DNA of 64,000 nt, taken from NCBI GenBank assembly GCA_053919585.1, contig CM132798.1. One strand, written 5' to 3'. Origin of the DNA: Euprymna scolopes. Lineage: Eukaryota. Under the pieces are notes generated by a model, which was given only the letters and a program-made list of their open reading frames with translations, was not told the DNA's origin and did no database searches. The position numbers and the translations under genes were made by a program. This document shows, in pieces, positions 50,385 to 62,436 of the stretch. Numbering within the stretch: position 1 is the first letter of the stretch; each line of letters begins with the position of its first letter.

Positions 50385-52980
50385 AATAAGGGTGCTGGAG
50401 GTAAACGTTTTCCTGGGCTTACATTATCCGCCTGGTAGCTAGGAACCCGAATCTTAGATTAACCCCCAAAGTGGCCATGTTATCAGCAGATGCATAATAC
50501 CAGGGCTGCTGCACTGTCTTTTGGTGAATGGAGTCTGGACTCTGCGGCAGCTTCTGATAGGGCCTCTCGATGTACCATATTAGTGAGAACTCCTTCGCAT
50601 TTTCCTTTCGATTGGTCTACAAAAGTCTCCTTTCTTCTCTTTATCCTTTATCCCTATTCTTTCCCTCTTGCTTCTCCTAAGCCTTACTCTTAACAACTTT
50701 GCTGTTCTCTTCCACAAACTACCCAACCTAACCATGAAAAACTCCTATAAACAAAGCAAGAGAAAACCCAGAACCACAACTTCCAACATAGACTTCCACT
50801 ACAAGGTCTCCCTCTTTAACATCAAAGACCGAAATACAATTATGGGAAACCATACCTGACCTATTGTTTTTGTGTGAAACTGGCATTAATTCAACTGCTT
50901 TCTTAGCTGATTTATTCATCAAAGGCTATTCTAACTTCACATCCAAACCTGATCCTCAAGACTGCCATGGATAGCTTCCCCTGTGGCAGGGACATCTCCA
51001 AAGACCCCAAACATGCCTCCATGTGCTTTAGAATAGCACTCGCAATAAAGCATTTATATTTGCCTTCGACTGTCCCCACAATAATGGAGTAGCTATCTTT
51101 GAGAGCATTGCTAAACAAATGGATGATAGTCTAACTGCTCATCCCTTTGCCAAAATCCACGTCTGTGGAGATTTCAGTGTTCATAATGCCGAATGGCTAG
51201 TTCACTCAAACAAAATCGATGATGAAGGGAGGTTTTGTCATGATTTCTTCCTCGTTTATGATCTGACACAGATTGTTAACAAACCTGGCGCTGACAGACA
51301 ATTTGCAAGTCCTCTAGATCTTTTTCTAACAACATGCCCTGAAATATGCTCATCTTCAGGCCCATCTTTGTTAGGATCTTCTCCAAATATTCCTCGCGCT
51401 CGAACAGAGTATTGATACTTGGTGGCTGACTGGGAAGGTTTCAAAACGTTCACATCAGAACTACCTATACACTCCATGTTTAAAAAGTATGTGTCCACTA
51501 TACCATCTGATTTAATTGATTGGTTAACTGTCGACCTAGAAAACTATATACTCTCCAAGAAACTCCAACAGAAACTGAACAGCCAGCCTTGGTACATCTC
51601 TGAATGTATTGCTGCCATTGCTAAGAACTTTACATCAAACAACACTATACAGTAAAACCACCTATTTCCTGAATTTCCTCCTAAGACTGATAACAATTGG
51701 AGCAACATCCACATGTTTGTGATGTTACCACACTCATCAAAATCCTTGATGCTAACAAAGCAATTGGTCCTGACAATATTCCAGTCATCTAATATATAAA
51801 CGGCTATATGGCTGTTTGTCTGGCTTTTTCCATATTTTCAAACTATCTCCTCCAAAACTAAAATTCGCATAACGGCGCTAGAAGGCTCAAATGATTGGAT
51901 ACTTTACAGGCCGTTCTTTTATGGGTCCTTAGCCGGTTAAAATTGTTTTTAAGGGATCAAAAATGAGTCAAGATAGAAAAAAATCGTTAAACATTTTGTA
52001 CATTCATTTTAGTTTATTTTTGATTTTTAATCGGTTTATATGCATGTCACGTTAGTACAGCGGTAACGTCACCAGCTTTGAATGCTACAGTATGAGTTTC
52101 GATTCTAGCTGATGGCACCTGAATACTTGTTTTTTTTTTACTTTTGAAATCACGATTCTATAATAATATATATGAAATATAGACAAATCAAAATATATTT
52201 AAGCATATATTACACCCGGGCAAAGCTGAGCCCCCCCCCCTCCACCGCTAATAGTCCTAAAGAAGCTACAACCAGAGTTGGCACCTATTCTTACAAAGCT
52301 GTTCAATCGATGCCAAAAGGAGAAATGCTTTCCAACACCTTAGAAAACGGCATTATTCTGCCTAGTCTATAAAAACACTAGAGATCGGTCTTCTACATCT
52401 CAGTACCAACGGATTAGTCTTCTGTGTGTCGGGAGTAAGCTGCTTGAATTCGTATTAAAACACTAAGTTTATTTGTCAACATATATGTAGATGACATTAC
52501 CATCTACAGCAATACTTCAAAGGTCAGTAATGACCAAGATCTTTCAGAGTTTCTATCCTCCAATTTTGAGCACCTTCCTGCAACCTATTTCCTACAGATG
52601 TTTCTCTATCATTATTTTCATGGGAAGTGCTCGTTGGAGTTTCAATATATGGTCCCCCTTTTGCAAACTTTCATAAAAAAACACTCGTCTTGCTACAACT
52701 ATTATCAACAATTTCCCTCACTCTGTCTGTGCTTACATGTGAACGCAAGTTCTATGAACAAAGCTTCTTTCCTAGAACTGCACATCCATAGAATTCTCTT
52801 CCACTAGCTTGCTTTCTAGCTGATTACAACTTGATCGTCTTAAAGTCCAATTTAAACAAATTCTTTTGGGGCCTTCCCCTGAAATAGTCAAATTCTACTT
52901 ACATCGCAATATACTCTTTAACTCTTATTCTCGAGTAGCTCTTTAGCCTTGATATGTGGTGACTTCTTTGTAAAAAAAAA
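50385..52980 (+). mobile_element. Decayed, internally deleted CR1/L2-group LINE including the APE endonuclease region, interrupted by a Helitron
   Basis: PDLLFLCETG, IHVCGDFSVHNAEWL, LTQIVNKP, LDLFLTT (APE); PDNIPV|IVLK..PELAPILTKLF; family A 3' end with poly(A) at 52972. Confidence 0.8.
51788..52251 (+). mobile_element. Non-autonomous Helitron
   Basis: Starts TC and ends hairpin+CTAA. Inserted between A and T with no TSD; removing it restores the LINE codons CCA GTC ATA GTC. Confidence 0.85.
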
Positions 52981-53094
52981 ATCCATAATCGAAAGATATT
53001 TAAGCCTATTTTCAGTGTAATTTTGAAAAGTGAAAATATATAAAGTTTTGTTTGCTTAATGCATTATATTAAACGGTCTTAATAATTATTATAG

Positions 53095-53147
<53 letters not shown>

Positions 53148-53329
53148 ATATATTGATTGCCATTTTTTACAGATTAAATTCTCAGTTGTAGGCACACAAA
53201 AGGCCTAGTAACCTTTCTTTTACAAGTCTAGTCTTTCTTTTACAAGTCTAGTCTTTCTTTTACAAGTCTATCAAACAAATTCAGTTTGTGCATATCTACG
53301 TTCTTCTCCCGTTTGTCCCTTGTGTAATT

Positions 53330-53660
53330 AGTTGTTGTCATAGACTCTCATGTCATTGAATTGACCTGCCTTTGATCAACAAGCTCCATCCAAATGTCCC
53401 ATAGACATGATCAACCTGAAATATGTCTGGTGTGGTTGACATGCGTTTTTTTCCTCAGAGTACAACAGTCGTCTTGGCTCGGATCACCCACAGCTCTCAC
53501 AGATATGTTTCTGTCAAAATGACCGCTTTGAAGCCATCCTCTCCCAGTCCTTCGGATTTATGATAAGCGTATTAAGCTAGTTTTTGATACATCATTAAAA
53601 TAACTTTTTGGCTCATGTGTTGGATATTTATCATACTATATGGTTTTCCAAAACACAGGT
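53330..53660 (-). mobile_element. Possible RTE/BovB-like C-terminal remnant
   Basis: Degenerate WERMASKRSF*..E.RR..EEK and SKAG..N.MR motifs. Confidence 0.35.
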
Positions 53661-53665
53661 AGAAC

Positions 53666-53703
<38 letters not shown>

Positions 53704-54039
53704 GGCCATAACTTAGGCCAATAAACAACTGCAATGTTAAAATGAAACCAAGACCTCCTTGTTGCGACAGCTTGACCATACGGGATCGTACTTCCTCCTA
53801 CCCCTTTTCTTCACCACATCTCCCTCCAAAACCTCTACTGTTCACATTCACAAACTATACATCCCCCTTTCTTTCAGAGCATAAACCACACCCAAATATA
53901 TTTATAAAAAATGAATACAGCCTTAATTCTCGTTTCAATATCGGCCCCTTTTTTTTGGTCTGATGAATTGGTCTCTTTGAATTGACATTCCACTGAAACA
54001 TGTATGTACATGTGTAATCAATGTTTGTATAATAAACAG

Positions 54040-54093
<54 letters not shown>

Positions 54094-54099
<6 letters not shown>

Positions 54100-54245
54100 C
54101 CATTTTATTGGCTTAGTTACACAGGTTTCAATTACTGAATCGTGTTAACGATCTGACAATTTCATCAGATTTCAGATAAAATTGTCATTTCGACAACATG
54201 ATTCAGTAATCAAAACATCTTTAACTATGCAGATAATATGGTAAT
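54094..54245. repeat. Imperfect palindrome in (TA)n (MITE-like)
   Basis: ATTACTGAATCGTGTT / AACATGATTCAGTAAT; TGACAATTT / AAATTGTCA; ATTACCAT / ATGGTAAT. Confidence 0.65.
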
Positions 54246-54339
54246 ATATATATATATATCTTTGCTCTACATAGTATTGAGCACTCTTTTCAGATTTTTA
54301 CTAATTACCATTTAATTGATATTATATATATATATTATT

Positions 54340-56370
54340 TTCACAAAATCATGAAACAAAGGTTGTATTGATAGCAACAAGTAGTGTATTTTCGTTGTTC
54401 GTTACAAATGTTCCGACAATTTCAAACCTTATATCGTTTGAAAATGTTCACGGGAACGGCCTCTCTTCGGACGTTGATAAAAATTACCTTTTTAATGAAC
54501 AATTTGGAATCCATTTCCCTTTTAAGGAAAACTATGAGATAAAAGATTTACCTACATTTCTTCCTTCAGATGTTTTTCCGTTTTCTGTTTGTTAAGGATT
54601 TTTTTATATCTACCTATTTTCGTATCTCTATTTTTAAAAGTTTCAATCGATTATTCATTTATCCTTGCTACCAATTACCCATGTTCACTTAATTTAGGTT
54701 ATTACTATTTTAATTTATTTATTTACATTATCTTATTTATTTTTTATCAATTCTGGACCTGATATTTTACGTTCGTACGATATTGTTTTGATTCTGTGTT
54801 AGTTTCATATTTAATGATTATATTGTCGATTTACAATTATATCGGCATGCTTATTTGTGTAATTTCAAAAAGCGGTTGTTTTTTTAATTTATTCCATGAG
54901 AAGAAGAGGGTTAGTGTTACTTTTTATTCAATGCTAGTTCAGTTTGCATTTTTAAATTTTGGATTTAAATTTTTATTTTTTTTATTTTTTCCTTCGTTCT
55001 AATCTATTTTTACATTGTAAGGGAGGTTACTCTATTCATAAAAATTTTAACCCTTATGCCATTTTGTAAGTTGGTCAATTCCTATTATGGTGTTAGGATT
55101 TATTTATTAGTTTATCATCCCCGTTTAATTTTAGGCTAACGCGTAAGTTTATTATGTACATCTCTACTAGGATTCTGATTTATTTCCAAAGTTTTAACCT
55201 AAGTGTGCTACAAGACCTGTTGACTCTAATTTTCCCGTATGTCATTCATTTCAATTCAAGATTTAAGTTCTAAAATACTTTTCCAATTATAAACATCCTA
55301 TTTATAAGTATTCTATTTATAAATATTCTATTAAACTCCACTAAGTTTTCCTCCAATAGAAGTGGAGGTGCACCTTGGTTTCTGAATTTAAAACAAAAAT
55401 ATTATTTATTAAGCTAGGAGTTTTCAAGCTTTATTGATCTAAAATCAGCATGTATTAGTCCCCCATCTTTATTTCTATTATTGTGTTTCTAGTGTTGAAT
55501 TTATCTTGCTAATCTCTTAAGCTTCAGATTTGCTTTCTAGATTTGGTCTTTCACTTAAAAACTTATATATTGCATATGTAAATTCTCGTTTCATGTTAAC
55601 ATTTTACTCTTAGTATATTTTGTGGATTTAAAAAAAAATTTATTTCAGCTAGGTTTTTGATGTGATAGCAAAAATCTATTCCTATGAAGACATCCTTGTA
55701 TAGCATCCAGCCTTTTGTTTAATATTTCTTCTTTAGAATTCACTATATAGTATGCTTTCTGTAAACACAGACTGCATCTTTTTGATCTACCAGGTTTATA
55801 CTTTCTACCTTTATCTACTATTGACCATTTTAATTCAAACTCTTTTTTTGTTTCTATGTAGTTCCCTAACCCAATCACCTAATGCAGTTGTGTTCCTCTT
55901 TTTATTTCTAATGTTAATTTTTGTTCCATCCTCCTCCCTTCTATCATTATCATCTTCCCTATTAGTTTCCTTCTCCGGTTCATTTTTGAAGGATGCAACA
56001 TGGTTTCTTAATCTTTCCTTAAAGATGCATCCCGTTACTCCAAGATATACCTCCTTACTATTATCAGCCTTAATCTCACATTTGTACACCATTTCTAAGG
56101 TTAAACGTTTGTCCTTCAAAGGATAATTGCTCAGTATTCTGCCATAACAGTTTCTCTTTAAATTCTGTTCTCCTGATACTGACTAATTGTTATTCCTTAT
56201 TTTTCTGTTATTAGAGCTTATTATAGTATTGGCTAAGTTGGCAGAGGTGGAGAAAGAGTTTTACTGAGTTCCTAATCTTTTTCAATTATTCTGTAAAATT
56301 CCTTAGGAATATTGTTTTGGATATACTCAATAAATGGTGGATTAAACCAAACCTGTTTCTTATGTCTGGT
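54340..56370 (-). mobile_element. Penelope-like element (Neptune-type) 3' part with 3' UTR and decayed hammerhead
   Basis: VWFNPPF, MVYKCEI..VYLGVTGCIFKERLRNHVASF (GIY-YIG), CSLCLQK..LNKR..CLHRNRFLL. Decayed CCGAAGA...GAAATTGTC^GGA at ~54470-54412. The left boundary is uncertain. Confidence 0.8.
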
Positions 56371-56631
56371 CAAAGTTCAACGATTTGACCTTTGAGAACA
56401 CTACCAAACTCCTCTGCCAATTTTGGGTTTAACACTTGAAATTTTAGATATAGATTCCTTGGATATGGATCTAACTTAATAACTTGATTTGAGCCCAAAC
56501 AATAAATGTTAAGGGGTCATAATAGGGGTCAAAGTTAAAAAAAAATTGACCGCGTTTTTTTTTTGTTTTTTTTGCTTAACATACACCTCCAAACACCCGG
56601 GCATGGCCGGGTTGAAATGCTAGTGTGTATA

Positions 56632-56680
<49 letters not shown>

Positions 56681-57817
56681 GCAAAGTTAGTGAGTAAAAA
56701 AAGTGCTAGATAAAACACTTTCATGTATTATGGGTAAGGGAGAAAGCAAATAACAAGTCAAACAATGCCATTCCCTTTTGCTGTTTGGAAAGAAATCTTT
56801 GACTACTTAAATAACGAACCTTTTTTTTTCTGTACCGATTAATGTTTTTTTTTAAACGTTCCAGTTCAAGACGTTTCTTTTTGTTTTTTTCTTTTTTTTT
56901 CAACTTTTATTTTATTTTATACGAATATTAATGCAAACACAGGCAAAGCATATATTTTTCCTTCATTTTTAATACTTCTGTAAAGCTCAGCTCAGAGTGA
57001 CAAACAAGACATTATATATAAGTTTTGTTGCATCTATTTTGAAACGTTATTAAATACAATATGACAAGAATGGCTCCAGGAATGTTTGTGTATTGAAGGA
57101 TGGACATCACTTAAGAGTTGAATCAATCACGTACGTATTAGCTTAGGTGAATCTGCCTGGCAGACCCGACAGCAAAGGTCAGTTTTATTAAAGAGGCCAA
57201 TGACATGAGTGTATACGCTAACCCTGCGCAAACACACACACGTCCACTTTGATGAGTTGAATCCGTACAAAACTGCTCTCATCAAGACCTCTGCCTACGT
57301 GCATGAAAATCAGAGCTTTCAAGAGACATCAGTTAAAGTCAACACACATGTACAGATGAAAACAATCACTTAACAGATGACAGAATATCTGAAAAATAAG
57401 GAGCATGTAAATACATGTATAGGACTTTCAACAATAAAAAATTATGAGTATAATTACAAAACAAGACTAAAACTAAATGAAGCCATCCTTAGAAAATTAA
57501 ACATACATGTTAATATGCAGTCATAATTCTTTGGTATATTTGTGTAACTAATTTCAAAGAAATTTTACAATTAAATTACAGAGACTATTAGTAGTGGTAG
57601 TAGTAGCAGGTTTTACTCACTAGGAGTTTTCACACCAGTCATTATCAGTGATTGACCAATGAAAATAACAAGTGGTATTCCATGGTGTCTGCATGACAAC
57701 AGATCGCTTCAGATTTCCCACACTCTTTGCCTCTTTTGGTAACTGTTGTAAATCATTTTGTCTTATTGTCACGGCTGTTTAGCATTGATTTCTCATTGAC
57801 CATTAGTTCCACAGACA

Positions 57818-57952
57818 NNNNNNNNNNNNNNNNNNNNNNNNNNNNNNNNNNNNNNNNNNNNNNNNNNNNNNNNNNNNNNNNNNNNNNNNNNNNNNNNNNN
57901 NNNNNNNNNNNNNNNNNNNNNNNNNNNNNNNNNNNNNNNNNNNNNNNNNNNN
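57818..57952. other. Assembly gap (135 N)
   Basis: Run of n. Confidence 1.
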
Positions 57953-58777
57953 TGTTAGATTCTCAAAGTCAAACCCAAATTGCAATCAATCCGATATATC
58001 AATATTAGATTAAGTATTTTCTTGTTTTCTCTTTTCACTATGTTATGGCATTATTATATCTTATTGTTTCGTTTTTGTTTGTTGTTGTTGAAAGTACTTA
58101 TTTCATACTGTTGAGATATTTTCCCTTACACATTGAAATACATTGTTTCGACATTTCTCTATTTCTCCAATTAAATGATGTATTTCTTAAAATTAATTGT
58201 TTATCATAATACTAGGTAAAATATTTTTCATTCCAACTTCAACATACACATATGTTTAAAGTATTATCAAGTTTTCCTTTATTCATCGTGATGATCGAAT
58301 CTCTGACGCCATTTTTGAAATCTTACAAATATCAAACAAGTATCTAAACAGCTTAAACTACATTTTTAAAATGCTTCCGTTTGTTTTTGGTATTTACATT
58401 TATTCGATTTCAATTAAAAAAAAACGATTTCTTTTTTAAAACATAATATTTTTTAAGTAATCATGTAATGAGTTCTTTTTGATGACCCCTGCAAAAATAA
58501 ATTGAAATTATACAGAGTCCTCTCCCCTGTTTTTCAAATTTTATAATACATCCACATAAAATGTTATAAAGAGATATATTTTATGTATAAATTTTCTGGA
58601 TTTACTTCAACAGTGCTAAAACGCGAGTAGAGCCAAGAAGTAAGTTATGAAAATATATGGGAATTAAGCTACATAGAATCTTTTTATGTTTCATCCCAAT
58701 TTTTATAAGTTTTGGTTTTAGTTTCGATTATAGCTGAATGATGTTTGTTTAAAATAGACATTTGGTGAGGTTATTTG

Positions 58778-58916
58778 TAGGCACCACTCCTGTGGGTGAA
58801 TCGGTAGAACTGCTGACTATCAGCATGATGGTTCTAGGTTCAATCCTCGGCTTGGGAGAGGTGCTACTCTAGCGGCATTGATGAGTTGTGATACAATGAA
58901 ACAAGACTGTATGTCG
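58778..58916 (+). mobile_element. tRNA-derived head followed by a type I hammerhead with a core mutation (retrozyme/SINE relic)
   Basis: A-box-like TGGGTGAATCGGTAG and B-box-like GGTTCAATCC, then CGGCA-(T)TGATGA-GTTGT(GAT)ACAAT-GAAA-CA(AGAC)TG-TA^TGTCG at 58873-58916. All three helices pair; C3 is U. Confidence 0.7.
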
Positions 58917-60235
58917 ATAACTACAAATATATATATATATAAGTTTGGGGTTTGGTTTTGATTCAAGCTGATGAACCCAAGTCATATAGATATATTTTTT
59001 TATTTTGGAAATTGCAACTTTATAATATATAAAAATCGATAGAACATTAACTCTATAATAATATATACGAAATCTGCAAGAATTAAAATATATTTAAGCA
59101 TACTCTACGACCGGGCTTTACCGGGCGTTTGTGCTAACTTAGATAAATACTTTTGCTGTTTTAACAAAATAGCTACAATAATATCAGAGTGTCTCGATTT
59201 ACACTGAACATCTACAGAATGCCACATCAATATATTACATATGAATGAGTCCCTTGTGGAATTTCTACAGGTCCTGCTTGTTGATTATTAATATAATTCT
59301 TTTAAAATGGCTTCTTCATAGTGTGAACAGAAAGTGTTCTGATTCAGATTTGGCGCCTATTTGTTATTCGTTTGTAATGGAGGTTACTTGGTTCATACTG
59401 TGATATGGTTAAAATAATATCTATATATCTATAAAAGTGAAAGTGTACATTTCCCTACACAATAACTGTCAATTTTCAGTCTACAGACTCAAAATTTGAT
59501 ATACAGGGTATGGAGATGTGGAAAAATCTTTGTAATCCGTTTTCGGCCAGAAATTTGGCTGTTAAGGGGGTCAAAGTTCAACCGATTTGACCTTTGAGAA
59601 CTCTACCAAACTCCTCCACCAATTTTGGGTCTAAACAAAAAAAAAGACTAAGATATTTCATATCAGCCTTTATATATATATACTAGCGGGGCACCCGGCG
59701 TTGCCTGGGTGTTTTGAGGTGTGTGTGTGTGTAAGGGGGGGTCAAGTAAAGAATAAGCGAAGTAATAACCTTGTTTAAATAAAAAAAAAAAAAAACGATG
59801 TTAAAAAAATTTGGGAAAACCAAAACAAAAAAAACAGCGAACAAACATAAAACTTCTTTAAACAAGGCTGATAGTCATTAGTTGCGTGCTGTCGTGTAAT
59901 GAATGAATGCGTGAATGTAGGATTGACATGAAATTCTTAAAGATAAACTAAAATGACCGAAAAATGGCTGAAATGACTTAAATAAACAAAAAGTAAATGA
60001 CTTAGAATAACTTTAATGAACTTAAGGATGAATTGAATGACCTTAAGAATGACTTGAATGCTTAAAAAATAACTGAAATCCTTCAAAAATAACTTGATTG
60101 ATCTGGAGAATGACTTGACTGGCTTTGAGACTGACTGGTTGTAAAGTGGGTGATCATTTTACATTAAATCAATACAGAAAAGTGATCCCCCACTTTATAT
60201 TACAAAGTTACAAACATAAGTACAGCGTGTAGTAG

Positions 60236-60276
60236 GAACAGATACTACACTTTGATCTTGGCCAAAAGGCCAAGAA
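60236..60276 (-). pseudogene. U2: U2 snRNA 5' fragment
   Basis: Reverse complement TTCTTGGCCTTTTGGCCAAGATCAAAGTGTAGTATCTGTTC matches the U2 5' end, including the GTAGTA branch-point recognition sequence. Confidence 0.85.
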
Positions 60277-60482
60277 AAGAGTATTTACTTGCTCCCCCAC
60301 CGAGCAAATTAGGCACAAGGCCGATTTTTAATGTGAGGGGTGAAGGGGAAATGGGGGACCAACTCCCCGGGGAGTAGGGGATCTGGATAGTGACAATTGG
60401 TATGAAGGGTTGCCCCTACATTGTCCAAGGTCTTATATGTGGGGCTGCCCCCACATACGGTTTTTGCTTGCAGTATCTGCCG

Positions 60483-60506
60483 GAACAGATACTACACTTT
60501 GATCTT
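60483..60506 (-). pseudogene. U2: U2 snRNA 5' fragment
   Basis: Reverse complement AAGATCAAAGTGTAGTATCTGTTC. Confidence 0.75.
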
Positions 60507-62341
60507 CATATTTAATTTATTTTGTTTAAAGAAAAATTACAATTAAGAAAATTCCAATATAAAATTACAAATTTAAAAAAGGAAAATCTCCAAAAGACAA
60601 AACAAATTTAGGCACAAGGCCCTATAAGATCTGAGGAGGGGAGTGTTGCAGGGTCTTTGTAACTAAAGTTAAAAATGGAGTCTTTGGCGACTTTACTCTT
60701 GACTGGCAACATTTACCACAATACCTCATTCACTCTGTGGAGTCTAAAGCTAACTAATGAAAACCCCAGCGTTTTTGCAAAAAGGATATATATACAATTT
60801 CTGTGTGTATGTGTGTATTTTTTTTTTATTAAAATGTGTGTGTGTGTGTGACAAAAAAGTTCAATTCATTGGAAAATAAAAAGTTATTGAATTTGGAAGA
60901 AAAACAGTTCGTGTTGGGGAGTGGGAAATATAGAAAAAATGTACAAAAAATAAAATTAGTGCATTGTTAGTAAGGTCTCTTCCTGAGCTAATCTAAGTAG
61001 TTAGATCGTCTACTGTTTTCCAGGCACTGAAAACAAGCGGGGAGATCCCTAATGGGGATTGGGAAGAATTCATATCGGGTGTAGGGAGGAAAAATAAAGA
61101 GATTGTCAAAACCAAAAAGGGGAAGGAGGGGGGGTAGGCGGCGACCTTCGAGTAGGGGTTGACAAGGGGGTGATAAAACAAAAAAAGATAGGGGGGGTTA
61201 GTTGTAGGGTAGCCTCGAAAGGTTCTCTAGTGCCAAAAAAAATCGGGGGACAGGATCTCATTTGTACCACTAGTCACTTTTACTCTTTACTTTTTATTTG
61301 TCTAACCTCCACTCCGTCTAGTTGATAGACTGCCCTTTCCACTAGGTTTGTAAAAGGAACCTGGCTTCTGTGGATCAGTCTCTAAGTGGGGATGCCCTCT
61401 AGATGGGGGTGAATGGAGAAAAGATTTTGTGGGTAAGGAATGGGGGTTAGTTTGTATTTCTTTCTCTCCAAGATGGGTGAAATTTAGAGGAGGGGGTGAA
61501 AACAGAAATTGCAAGAAGGAGGGGGTGGTGAGCTTGGAAGCTTCCTAATCAGGGAGGGATGGAACACACACTCAGCTAGCTGAGAGGCTATTTGTTAAAT
61601 TTTACTTTACGGAACTGCGCGTTCCACACCTAGGCGGGGAACACGTATTCAAATTTGGCTCTTCTTCGTACACACAGACTTGCTACCTGTATCCATCTTC
61701 TGTCAAATGCTGTACAATGCAGCCTTCTTCTATCACATCTGATCATCACCCATAGTTGGTGTTTAAAGAAAGCCATCAGATCCTAATCAGAAAAAGACAC
61801 CCACCCCCCCACCTCCCGGCGACCTTGCAAATCACCATTCTTGCCACGGCCAGGATCGTGTTTTCCCGGTCCCACGGTGGCCTCACATTGTCCACGACAT
61901 TGGATACGGTAATTGGGCGAGGATGCTCAGGATCGATACGAGCCGTTACCTCGCTGACATACGACCAGTACTGGCAGAGTTCACGGCAATCGAAGAAAGC
62001 ATGATCAGTCGTTTCTACGGCTGTTGTCCCACAATGGGGACAATCAGGTGACTCCAAAAACCCGGAACTGCATTGTACGCTGTTGAGTGGAAGTGCATTT
62101 CGGGCCAATCGCTAGGTCAGAGAGAACTCCGAATTGTTCAAATGATTCGAACCTGGTGCCCAGCTCCACGCGGAGCGGATCCCACTCTGCTGCCCACCCA
62201 AACGCATGCATAGCGGGTCGTTGGCAGCCCCCTTCACTAGATCCCTGTGGAGTTCCCTACGGGTAGCAGTCACAAGGTCGCTGGACCTTGGTAGTCGTTT
62301 TAGCACGGCTCGGCATTCTTTCATGTAGGCAGATTCTCCCC
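60507..62341 (-). mobile_element. 5'-truncated Tx1-clade (L1 group) non-LTR retrotransposon, Keno-like
   Basis: ORF remnants LNNSEFSLT*RLARNALPL..PDCPHCGTTAVETTDHAFFDC..AVARMVI give the CCHC zinc finger (zf-RVT-like) of L1/Tx1 ORF2. Long pyrimidine-rich 3' UTR. U2 fragments at both junctions. Confidence 0.75.
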
Positions 62342-62436
62342 ACACTTTGATCTTGGCAAAAGGCCAAGAAAAGTTTAAAAAGCTAAGAACAGCATCTATT
62401 AACAACAGACCTTTGATCTTAACCAAAAAGGCTAAG
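62342..62436 (-). pseudogene. U2: Two further U2 snRNA 5' fragments (62342-62370 and degenerate 62404-62436)
   Basis: Reverse complement TTCTTGGCCTTTTGCCAAGATCAAAGTGT is fused to the truncated Tx1 5' end. The second copy reads CTTAGCCTTTTTGGTTAAGATCAAAGGTCTGTT. Confidence 0.7.

Noticed and set aside
57252-57285. TTGATGAG...CTCATCAA as a hammerhead or box C/D motif
   Set aside because: Simple hairpin; no GAAA with helix II/III arrangement and no D box partner.
60236-60276. Functional U2 snRNA gene
   Set aside because: Only the first ~45 nt are present; no Sm site or 3' stem-loops.
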